From contig CAVZSV010000004.1 in NCBI GenBank assembly GCA_963778115.1, positions 864,001 through 928,000 of the forward strand: 64,000 nucleotides of DNA, read 5' to 3'. Position 1 is the stretch's first letter, and each line of letters opens with the position of its first letter. Source of the DNA: an uncultured delta proteobacterium. Its GTDB lineage: Bacteria; Bdellovibrionota; FAC87; UBA2466. A program made the translations under genes and the position numbers. Shown one piece after another: positions 28,653 through 39,200 of this stretch. The notes below the pieces were generated by a model that did not search any database, was not told where the DNA came from, and worked only from the letters and a program-made list of their open reading frames with translations.

Positions 28653-29861
28653 TTAGTAAACATCCACAGTGAGTGACATTGCGGCTCCCCCGTTACAGGG
28701 GATTCCAGTCACAGACTGAGCGACGATAGAGAGAGTGAATGTTCCTGCACTTCCCCAAGTGACTCCGAACGTATTACCGCTCGTAAGGACGTAGGGTAGC
28801 GAGGTATAAACTTGCTCTCCATCGCTAATCGAAACAATTTCCAGTTCCACACCCGTGGTCGATTGAATCTCGAACCCGGCCGCAGTTCCAGGATAAACCG
28901 GTGTCGAAGGAGACAGCGGAATTAAGCTGCAAGCCATCGCCGAGGTCGTGCCGCCGGTGTAGACGCAAGTTCCGTTTTCGTAAATGTAACCTGCAGAACA
29001 AACTCCAGTACCAGTGGTACCCGTATAGACGCAGGTTCCATTTTCGTAAACGTAACCCGTCGCGCAAACCCCAGTACCTGTCGTGGTTCCGGTGTAGACG
29101 CAGGTTCCGTTTTCGTAAACGTAACCCGTCGCGCATACGCCGGTACCCGTCGATCCCAGTACGCAAGTACCGTTCACGTTGGTGTAACCCGTGGCGCAAA
29201 CTCCGATACCGGTCGTGCCCGTATAGACGCAAGTTCCGTTCTCGTAGACATACCCAGAGGCACAAACTCCCGTACCCGTGGTTCCACTGAGCAATTCGCA
29301 ACCGACACCAGCGACGTAGGTGTAACCAGTCGCGCAAAGTCCAGTACCCGTGGTAGCGCCTTCGCAAAGTCCGTTTACGTTCGTGCCACTCACACAGTAG
29401 CCGATGGGTTCTCCCGAAGTGGCGACACCCGTGTAGATACAGCTTGTACCGCTGTAAGTATAACCGCTGGCGCAAACCGTACCCGTTCCGGAACAGGTAT
29501 AGATGCCATTAACGGTCGTACATCCCGTGGTACTGGTCGATGCTACCGAACAAGTACCCGAGGTTCCTAAAGTGCTGTCGGTAAAGGTTACCGTAGATCC
29601 TAAAGTGGCGTAAGCAGCGGGTATCTGATAGTAAGTTCCGCTGTAGGTAAAACTAATTGGATAACTTCCGACCTCTCCGGAAATGGCGTCACCCGTATTA
29701 GAGCCAGTGATATAGAGGTCGTAACCTCCGGTCTGGGTATCGATCTGGGTATAACAAGTCGCCGCGAGGCCCGACTGATTCGACGTCGAACTTCCGCAAC
29801 CGGACAGTAATCCCATGGTGATAAGTGCAGTGCTAATCAGCGAAGCGAGTTGTTTAAACAT
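28653..29861 (-). CDS. Thr/Gly-rich lipoprotein with about 8 two-Cys repeats
   Basis: LSGC lipobox; repeats of GTGVCATGYVYENGTCVYTG. Confidence 0.8.
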   Translation of the reverse strand: MFKQLASLISTALITMGLLSGCGSSTSNQSGLAATCYTQIDTQTGGYDLYITGSNTGDAISGEVGSYPISFTYSGTYYQIPAAYATLGSTVTFTDSTLGTSGTCSVASTSTTGCTTVNGIYTCSGTGTVCASGYTYSGTSCIYTGVATSGEPIGYCVSGTNVNGLCEGATTGTGLCATGYTYVAGVGCELLSGTTGTGVCASGYVYENGTCVYTGTTGIGVCATGYTNVNGTCVLGSTGTGVCATGYVYENGTCVYTGTTTGTGVCATGYVYENGTCVYTGTTGTGVCSAGYIYENGTCVYTGGTTSAMACSLIPLSPSTPVYPGTAAGFEIQSTTGVELEIVSISDGEQVYTSLPYVLTSGNTFGVTWGSAGTFTLSIVAQSVTGIPCNGGAAMSLTVDVY

Positions 29862-29916
29862 AGTCGTACCTTTCATTGGTGAAACCAAATTACTTAATTC
29901 CTTAATCGCTAGGTAA

Positions 29917-29932
29917 AGCACACGGCGTACCA
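29917..29932 (-). promoter_or_regulatory. Sigma54-like promoter
   Basis: TGGTACGCCGTGTGCT (GG-N10-GC) upstream of the 29861 start. Confidence 0.5.
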
Positions 29933-30260
29933 ACTTTTTCATCGGGAGAGCCAGCTTCATTTTGTCGAAAGTTTGAACAGGGCAAAAAGAGCGCTTTGTG
30001 AAGTCCTAAATGAATCAAGGGTTTAGGGGATGAAGAAGTGGTTACATTCTAAACGTATACTCTTAGTTCGGTGCTAGGGCAGAAGGGAGAAGGGGTAGCT
30101 AGCCTAAAACAAAGGAAAAAGTGGGGGAAGTGTCAGTTGGATAAGCAGAGGGGAGAGTAGTCAAAAGTTTGAGCAAAAATTAATGACCGCTCTCTTTGCG
30201 ACTCCCCAACGCCAAAGGGCCCGTAAGCCCCCAAACCCCAAAAAAAGAAAGCACCCAATC

Positions 30261-30280
30261 TATCCGTCGCGCGACGGATA
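30261..30280. repeat. Perfect 20-bp palindrome whose core recurs inside the downstream HNH gene
   Basis: TATCCGTCGCGCGACGGATA; CCGTCGCGCGAC also at 31237-31248. Confidence 0.8.
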
Positions 30281-30611
30281 AACCAAGATCCAAGATCCGA
30301 AAAAGAGAAAATAAAAACCGAAACCCCGAGCGACAGAACAGACTAATCACATCTCGGTCTCCATAACGGCCTCGTGCAAAAGAAAGCGGGGACTTCTAGG
30401 AAGGTCCGTTTCAAACTGCAGAACGACGGCCATTTAGAAGCCATTGCTCAATCACCAGCGTCGGAAGGTAAAAAGTTCCCTGAGCGGCGCGACAGCACCA
30501 TCTACTCGTTCTATCGTCGATAAAAGTATAATTTCTCTTCTAATTTCGATTGAAAAAGGAGATAACTCAGAGTATCAATTACTTAATCTATCGACGAGAG
30601 AGGAGCATCTC

Positions 30612-31520
30612 ATGAAACTCTACACCCGCATCGAAATCCACGAAAACGCCGTTCGACTCGTATCCGAACTCAAAAACAAAGAGACTGAGCTTATCGAGAC
30701 TCTCCAGCTAGTAGACCGTCTTAGAATTTATGAAGACCATGATTTCGGGTCTCTCTATGCCTACTGCACCCAACGTCTTGGCCTTTCGGAAGATAGAGCC
30801 TGTACCTATATTCGTGTCGCTCAACTAGCGACGAAGGTCCCAGCCCTTAAGGAAGCTATTAAGAAAGAGGAGATTTCGGTAACTGCTGCCAAGAAATTAA
30901 CCCAGGTCCTTAACATTGAGAATCAAGGAGTATGGCTTGAGAAAGCAAAGAACGTTTCGACAAGGGAACTTGAAATCGCTATCGCCAAAGAAAAGCCTCA
31001 GACTCTTGTTAGAGAATCAGTGAAACCCATTGCAGAAGCCCTCTTTGAATTACGCTGTGCCCTTACTCCCAAAGCTGAACAGCTTCTTAAGCGCACTCTT
31101 GGCCTCTTAAGCTCTCAGAACCAAAGGGACGTAAAGCCCGGAGAGGCAATAGAGACTCTCCTTGAAGCTTTTGTAGAAAAAAATGACCCTGTAAAGAAAG
31201 CCGAACGAGCGCTTAACCGCAAAACTACAAAATTACCCGTCGCGCGACAGGCGATTAAAGATGGCAAGAGAACCGCTATACCAAGACCCGTAGGTCATAT
31301 AGTGACGCTAGCAACCGGCTCGCAATGCATCCACGTCAGTTCCGATGGAATCCGGTGTACTGAGCGCAGATGGCTCGCCAAGGATCACAAACAGGAAGTC
31401 CATCAGGGAGGGCTTCACACTCCAAACAACTTAACCCTGCTCTGTGCGTTCCATCATCGAATGCATCACAGAAAACAACCTTTCATGGGCAGCGATGGTC
31501 GGCCGTGGTTTCCTCTATAA
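30612..31520 (+). CDS. HNH endonuclease with N-terminal helical (DUF222-like) region
   Basis: AGGAG RBS; SLYAYC...LGLSE; C-terminal C..C...DH...GG...NL.LLC.FHH. Confidence 0.8.
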   Translation: MKLYTRIEIHENAVRLVSELKNKETELIETLQLVDRLRIYEDHDFGSLYAYCTQRLGLSEDRACTYIRVAQLATKVPALKEAIKKEEISVTAAKKLTQVLNIENQGVWLEKAKNVSTRELEIAIAKEKPQTLVRESVKPIAEALFELRCALTPKAEQLLKRTLGLLSSQNQRDVKPGEAIETLLEAFVEKNDPVKKAERALNRKTTKLPVARQAIKDGKRTAIPRPVGHIVTLATGSQCIHVSSDGIRCTERRWLAKDHKQEVHQGGLHTPNNLTLLCAFHHRMHHRKQPFMGSDGRPWFPL

Positions 31521-31536
31521 GACACATGCTGCATCG

Positions 31537-32346
31537 TTACTCCCCTGGCGTAGCGGGCTTGGAATTTAGCGACCAATCGTAGTTAAGATATTTGATGTGG
31601 GTAAGCTCCGTCACCCTACCCGTCATCGCTATAGGCAAGAATTTTTTTAGGTAACTAATAAGATCGCCGTTTCGAGTGAAGTCTTTAGCAAACCAATTAA
31701 AAATCTGCGAGAGGTATAGCGTGTTCTCTTTGTCATTATATTGATTGCGAGTGGGGTCGGCCAGAAATTGTTTCCCTTGATCGTCAAGCTGCACGTTGAG
31801 CCGACTACCGACATAAGCTTCAGATCTTAGCGCCGGGCAGCTTACCGCCCCACAGACGAGAGCGAAGTGGATTCGGGCGTCCTTGTATTTGGTTCGAAGA
31901 TTATCTTTTTCTATTTCATCTAACGTTACGGGCTTTCCCATGGCGCGGAAGACGACCGTTTTATCTCCAATCGTATATTCGGATACTCGCCATTGTTTTG
32001 TTTTTCTTCCAAACAGAGAGTGTCCTATTTTTCCCCCGATATCGCGTATCGAATCGACGGGATAAAAATCCGATATCATTTTAAGCGTGAAAGCATTGTA
32101 GGCGTTAATGAGATAAGCCATTTGATCTTCTTTCGGCCACGCTTCAAATTGGTCCGTGGTCACTTCCCCCACTTGCGAAAGATAGCCATCCAGAAGCGCC
32201 ATATCCCCCTTAATCCCTACATAATCGACGACTCCCTGCTTTACATGCGCTGAGAGCAGTTTGGTGAGATCTTCGTGTTTGGTATCAAAACTCGCAAAAG
32301 CCGGGAGAGCGAACAGAAATAGTAGCGCAAATAGGCATTTCGGCAT
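31537..32346 (-). CDS. DUF547-domain secreted protein
   Basis: AYLINAYNAFT, DARIHFALVCGAVSCPAL and YDWSLN motifs. Confidence 0.9.
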   Translation of the reverse strand: MPKCLFALLFLFALPAFASFDTKHEDLTKLLSAHVKQGVVDYVGIKGDMALLDGYLSQVGEVTTDQFEAWPKEDQMAYLINAYNAFTLKMISDFYPVDSIRDIGGKIGHSLFGRKTKQWRVSEYTIGDKTVVFRAMGKPVTLDEIEKDNLRTKYKDARIHFALVCGAVSCPALRSEAYVGSRLNVQLDDQGKQFLADPTRNQYNDKENTLYLSQIFNWFAKDFTRNGDLISYLKKFLPIAMTGRVTELTHIKYLNYDWSLNSKPATPGE

Positions 32347-32566
32347 GATGGGCCCTCTATAGAATAGATTTGAGTCATTATGGGACTTTTGGAGCTCTCT
32401 GAAAATGCCTTCTTCTGCGCCATTTTTATCCTTATCATTCCAAAAAGTTATAAATGGTCACTTGATTTTTTTGCCTAATTGGCTATTTTACGCGCATACC
32501 TTAAAGATAAGTAACGTGGAGAACGACCGGCGGCCCCCTTAAGCCAAGGTCCAGTCGAGGTGTAAG

Positions 32567-32881
32567 ATGGCGAATAAGAAAATGAGCAAGACCGATAAGA
32601 AAGAAGCGGGAGTCTTCTACTATCTAATGATGGGCCCCCATGCGGTGGAAAAGAGATTAGCGGTTTTAGATAAAAAACTGCACCAATGGGAAGCGCGCCT
32701 TAAGAAGGTCAGTTGGTTCGACGGCAGATTTAACGGTTTTAAAAAGACCACCGAGCGCGCCCGTTCTATGGCCCATCGAGCACTTGCGGAGATTCAACGC
32801 GAACGCGCCGCTTTGAAAAATTTTGTCGGAGATACCTTACGTCCTTGGGAAACCAAGAAAAGTGGCCCGGCCCCCTTGTAA
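32567..32881 (+). CDS. Small basic hypothetical protein
   Basis: GAGGTG RBS; 104-aa helical ORF. Confidence 0.6.
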   Translation: MANKKMSKTDKKEAGVFYYLMMGPHAVEKRLAVLDKKLHQWEARLKKVSWFDGRFNGFKKTTERARSMAHRALAEIQRERAALKNFVGDTLRPWETKKSGPAPL

Positions 32882-32898
32882 TCCGTTTAGCAAACTGA

Positions 32899-33054
32899 TC
32901 AATGTCCCGTGGGAGCGCTTGAGACGCCGTGATACTTAATCACCGGAGCCTGAGCGCTATTTTTTACCGGCGTACCGGTACCAACGGGTGTTGTCGTCCG
33001 CGTACAACCCGCTCCAAGTAAAACCAAAAGACAGATGAGAGTCTTCATTTTCAT
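32899..33054 (-). CDS. 51-aa putative lipoprotein (absent from ORF track)
   Basis: GAGG RBS; MKMKTLICLLVLLGAGC-TRTTTPVGTG...; TGA at 32899-32901. Confidence 0.6.
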   Translation of the reverse strand: MKMKTLICLLVLLGAGCTRTTTPVGTGTPVKNSAQAPVIKYHGVSSAPTGH

Positions 33055-33259
33055 GGGGTACCTCTTTTCAGGCCTACTCTAACGATACCGCATCTGGCTA
33101 TCGATCGCGTGCCTAATCCACAACATTTTACAGTCTTCACAATTTAGGACTAGCTTCAGGATAAAGAAAATTGTGAATTCTTTGGGGGTTTGTACCGCTT
33201 ACCAATACGCCGCGTTATAATAACAATATACCTAGCGGGACGTATGTGAGGTCTAGTCT

Positions 33260-36200
33260 GTGTTCAAACTCTCCAAATTACTTGTTCTCCTATTTGCCTG
33301 CCTAATAAGCGTGTCGGCCCTGGCCGACACCCTTAGCAGCGGCTGGGATTTTAGCGTCGCGTGCTATCCCTACGGAACTACTGGTTCGGGTTCCTTCGAA
33401 TTTTCTTGCCCCACCCTCGACGGTTCATCGGGAACTTGCGGTCGGACTAGTACGGAATTTACCCAACTCTCTTTGGGTAGCTCCTACACCGGCACCGGCA
33501 ATCCCCAATCCACCACGGTCTACGCGGTCCAGACGGGTGACGTGCTCATTGTTCCTCCTATTTTAAGCACCGAATACGAGCCTATCTTTTCCGTCTCAAC
33601 AGCCGCTCTCACCACAGGAACGTATCAAGCCAATTGGATCAACGTTCAGTGGGACACGGGTACGGCAACCCTAACCGATAACTACCTCATAGGAACCGCG
33701 AGCGTGAATCCCGCCACAGGTGCCGGGGGAAACGGGGTTGTTCTTACCGGACAGTGGGACATTAACGGAAGTGTCTACTGGTCTTCGACCGTAAATATGC
33801 CGGGGACTTGGGGGAGCGGCGACAGCGCTGGAGTCTATACTGCTTCGGGCGGTGGAGGAGATCTTGAAGGAACCGCTTATTTCACCGCAGCGGGAGCCGG
33901 CGCCTTTAAGACCTCTCCAGGAAGAGCCACCTTCTTTTTTCCTCAACAAAACTTAGTTCTGTCCACCATCGGTAGCACCACATTTGCCGGTATCATGTAC
34001 GACGCCAACTCCTCGGATGCCGTAAAAAATATGCAAGTCGTAAGTAACTCCGCGGGAACCAGTTTTACTAGTCGCCCCTATTCGAATCCTAGTACAGGAA
34101 CTATCGATTCGTCTTTTACCGATACGATATCTTTTACGAGCACCAATACCCCCGCTAACGGAATGTTCTTAGGAACCGTGACACGTACGGGAACGGGTGC
34201 AGGTACAGGAAACATCGCGTGCATCGCAAACACGGTAGATAACATTCGTGTAATCTGTTCCGGACAATCTCCAAGTAACAATTCAATTCCTTTTACTTTG
34301 AGTTTCTCGTTTACTCCCGTTCCTTATTTTTCTGGCTCCCCGGTTATCGGCACGGTAACGGGTTCTTCCATCCAAATCACCTGGGATTCAGGGGGCGGAG
34401 ATCCGAATGGTTACCAAATCGTGTACAACACAGGTAGCACTCCGCCGTCGGATTGTTCCACGGGCACGGTGATTAGTAGCTCTCAGATTGGAAGTGCTAC
34501 TTCGTACGTGGTTTCGGGATTAAATGGTGGTACGGAATATAGCTTTCAAATCTGCGCTATCGACAATGCGGGAAACCCTGACCCCGCCAATTCCGAGATC
34601 GTAAGCGCCACCACCGAATCCGCCTCGCAATACTTGTTTGTCACTCAAAACGCCTATACCGGAAATATGGAGTCGGTCTACTGGGCCGATTTCGACTGCC
34701 AACAGGAAGCCATTAGCAACGGACTCAGCGGAACTTGGAAAGCACTATTATCGACGTCAACTTCGGTCGCCAATTCCCGAATCAACATTACCGGCCCCGT
34801 CTATAACTTGTACTCCGGGGGCTCACAAGAACTAGTTACCGGAGAAATTGGGTTCTGGTCGGGATCTCTTTCGGCCTATCCCAATTTCTATGCGAATGGA
34901 AATTACGCTTACCAGGGGATATGGACAGGATCTAACAACGACGGTTCTTTATCCTCCAATGGAAACTGCACGGATTGGACCTCCACTAGCGGTAATGCCG
35001 AATATGGAAATTCCAATACTACTTCAAACTGGCTGGCTTGGGGGGCGCCCGGTTGCGGGTCGAGCCTACATCTTTATTGTGTAAACGGGCAATCCTCCAG
35101 CGGAACTCCCAACGACCCCAGTAACCTCACTTACTTGTATGCCGATACCAGCATGAACTTTTCTTGGAACACCGGGGGAGGAACCACGGCGGGATATAAG
35201 ATCGCCTATCAAACGGGAGCGACAGCACCCAGTGATTGTAGTTCGGGAACGGTAGTTACTTCCACTACGATCGGACACAACACTTCGTATATTGTGACAG
35301 GACTAACTGCTGGCACTCAATACTCGTTCCGTCTTTGTGCAGTCAACAGCGACTCCTCGGCAGCGTCGGCGGGAATAACAACGACTCTCACCACCAATTC
35401 AGAATCTCAAGTCCAGCACCTATTTGTCACGCAGGGTGCTTATACGGGAAACATGCAATCGGTCTATTGGGCCGATTATGCCTGCCAGCAGGAAGCCATC
35501 AACAATAGTTTGACTGGAACTTGGCGCGCCCTGCTATCAACCACCGGTGCGGCAGCCAACAGCCGAATTTCCACCACCTACGCCATTTACAATACCAATG
35601 GATCGGGAAACCAGTTACTCGCCTTTTCCGGAAGTGATCTTTGGACGGGAAATGCACGTGCTAATCCCAACTTCTACGCCAATGGAAGTTATGCCTATCA
35701 GGGCATATGGACCGGATCTAATAACGATGGTTCTTTGTCTTCTAACGGAAACTGTAGTGATTGGACTACCACTAGCGGGAATGCAGAATATGGAAATTCT
35801 AATACCCCGACGAACTGGCTCACGTGGGGAACACCAGGTTGCGGTGCCAGTTTGCATCTTTATTGCGTCAGCGGGCAGGCTTCCAGTGGAACTCCTACCC
35901 CTCCAAGCAGCTTGAGCGATACCTTATCCGATACGAGCATTAACTTCTCCTGGAATGCGGGAGGGGGAACGACTGCGGGCTATCAGATCGCCTATCAAGC
36001 GGGTGCGACACCGCCCGCCAATTGTAATTCGGGGACGGTCATTTCCTCTGCTAGCATCGGACACAATACCTCTTACATTGTGACCGGACTTACCGCGGGG
36101 ACTCAGTATTCTTTTATCGTCTGCTCGGTAAACAGCGATTCTACTCTTGATTCGACAGGAATCACGGCCACCCTTACCACTAACTCATCGTCTCAGATCC

Positions 36201-39200
36201 AACACATGTTCGTTACGGCAAATGCCTACACTGGAAATATGGAATCGGTTTATTGGGCGGATTTCTATTGTCAGCAAGACGCCATCAACAATGGATACAC
36301 GGGAACTTGGAAGGCACTAGTCTCTACGACATCAACTAATGCTAATAGCCGCATCACCACCAATTATGCCACCTACAACACTTACGGTTCGGGCAATCAA
36401 CTGCTTGCCTATTCCGGAAGTGATATGTGGTCGGGAAACCTACGCAACAGCCCTAACTATTACGCCAATGGAAGCTACGCGTATCAGAGCCTCTGGACGG
36501 GATCTAATAGCGATGGTTCCCTATCTTCCAATGGAAACTGTAGCGATTGGACGACCACCAGCGGGAGTGGGCAATATGGAAACAGCAATAGCTCTAGCGC
36601 TAGTTGGATAAGTAACGGAACTCCGGGTTGCGGTAGCTCCATGCATCTTTACTGTGTCAGCGGACAAGCTTCCAGCGGAACACCTAATAATCCGAGTAAT
36701 CTCACCTATACTTACGCCGACACTAGCATGAATTTCTCGTGGACCAACGGTGGGGGAACGACGGCGGGATATGTGATCGCTTATCAAACGGGAGCAACCG
36801 CACCTAGTAACTGTGCTTCGGGAACCGTGGTTGCTTCTTCGACCATCGGACACAGCAACCAGTACATTGTCACTGGATTAACGGCGGGAACTCAGTATTC
36901 CTTCCGTCTGTGTGCGGTGAATAGCGACTCCACAGCCGCCTCGACGGGAATCACGGCAACCCTCACCACCAACTCGTCGACTCAGATCCAACACATGTTC
37001 GTTACGGCAAGTGGCTACACCGGAAACATGGAATCGGTTTATTGGGCGGATTTCTATTGTCAGCAAGACGCCCTTAACAATGGATACACGGGTACCTGGA
37101 AGGCGCTACTCTCGACCTCAACGGCCAATGCCAATAGCCGTATCACCACCAATTACGCTACCTACAACACTTATGGCTCGGGCAATCAACTGCTTGCCTA
37201 TTCCGGAAGTGATATGTGGTCGGGAAATCTACGCAACAGTCCTAACTTCTACGCCAATGGTAATGCGGCTTACGCTGGCGTATGGACAGGATCTAACAGC
37301 GACGGTTCTTTATCTTCTAACGGAGACTGCACCGATTGGACTACCACCAGTGGTGGTGCTCAATATGGTGCTAGCCTCACCTCTACCTCTGGCTGGATCA
37401 GTAATGGAACTCCGAATTGCAACAATGGATCCATGCATCTGTATTGTGTCAGCGGACAAGCTTCCAGCGGAACACCTAATAATCCGAGTAATCTCACCTA
37501 TACTTACGCCGACACTAGCATGAATTTCTCGTGGACCAACGGTGGGGGAACGACGGCGGGATATGTGATCGCTTATCAAACGGGAGCAACCGCACCTAGT
37601 AACTGTGCTTCGGGAACCGTGGTTGCTTCTTCGACCATCGGACACAGCAACCAGTACATTGTCACTGGATTAACGGCGGGAACTCAGTATTCCTTCCGTC
37701 TGTGTGCGGTGAATAGCGACTCCACAGCCGCCTCGACGGGAATCACGGCAACCCTCACCACCAACTCGTCGACTCAGATCCAACACATGTTCGTTACGGC
37801 AAGTGGCTACACCGGAAACATGGAATCGGTTTATTGGGCGGATTTCTATTGTCAGCAAGATGCCCTTAACAATGGATACACGGGTACCTGGAAGGCGCTA
37901 CTCTCGACCTCAACGGCCAATGCCAATAGCCGTATCACCACCAATTACGCTACCTACAACACTTATGGCTCGGGCAATCAACTGCTTGCCTATTCCGGAA
38001 GTGATATGTGGTCGGGAAATCTACGCAACAGTCCTAACTTCTACGCCAATGGTAATGCGGCTTACGCTGGCGTATGGACAGGATCTAACAGCGACGGTTC
38101 TTTATCTTCTAACGGAGACTGCACCGATTGGACTACCACCAGTGGTGGTGCTCAATATGGTGCTAGCCTCACCTCTACCTCTGGCTGGATCAGTAATGGA
38201 ACTCCGAATTGCAACAATGGATCCATGCATCTGTATTGTGTCAGCGGACAAGCTTCCAGCGGAACACCTAATAATCCGAGTAATCTCACCTATACTTACG
38301 CCGACACTAGCATGAATTTCTCGTGGACCAACGGTGGGGGAACGACGGCGGGATATGTGATCGCTTATCAAGCGGGAGACACCGCTCCTAGTAACTGTGC
38401 TTCGGGAACTGTGATTTCCTCTTCTACTATCGGACACAACACGGCTTATATTTTGACTGGTCTTACTGCCGGAGTGCAGTACTCTTTCCGGCTCTGCGCG
38501 GTGAATAGCGATTCCACAGCTGCCTCAACGGGAATTACGGCGACCCTCACCACCGAATCAGAATCTCAATTAGAGCACCTCTTTGTCACGGCCAATGGCT
38601 ATAACGGAGATTTAGGTGGCCAGAGTGGGGCGGACAGCATTTGTATGACAGAAGCTAGCACTGCCAGTTTGAGTGGAACTTGGAAAGCTGTGCTCTCCAC
38701 AACATCGGTCAATGCACAGAGTTACATCAGTACATCTTACGCGATCTATAACATGAATAATCAGCTGCTAGCCTATTCGGGAAATGATATGTGGTCGGGA
38801 AACCTTCGCGCCAATCCCAATTACTACCCCAACGGAAGTGCGGCCTACGCTGGCGTATGGACAGGATCCAACAGCAATGGAACTTTATCCTCTAACGGAA
38901 ACTGTAGCGACTGGAGTACGACGAGTGGGGGAGGCCAATATGGAGCTAGCAGCACCTCTGGATCTGGCTGGCTCAGTAACGGAACTCCAAATTGCAACAA
39001 TGGCTCCCTACATCTTTACTGCATTAGTGGACAATCGAGCAGTGCAAGCCTAAACGATCCCTCCAATCTATCGAGCACTCCTTCTGATTTTGGGGTGACA
39101 TTAAACTGGACATCCGGAGGAGGCTCGACAGCGGCTTTCCAAATCGCCTATCAAACGGGAGCGACCCCTCCTAGCGACTGTAACTCCGGGACGGTCATCT

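Noticed and set aside
28955..29490. Roughly 60-bp repeats resembling a CRISPR array
   Set aside because: They are in-frame coding repeats with synonymous variation; no unique spacers or cas genes.
12500..33000. Prophage or integrative element after tRNA-Gln
   Set aside because: No integrase, phage structural or conjugation genes, and no att duplication seen.
37011..38315. Duplicated 170-aa alternative-frame ORFs
   Set aside because: By-products of the 792-bp duplication within the giant gene.
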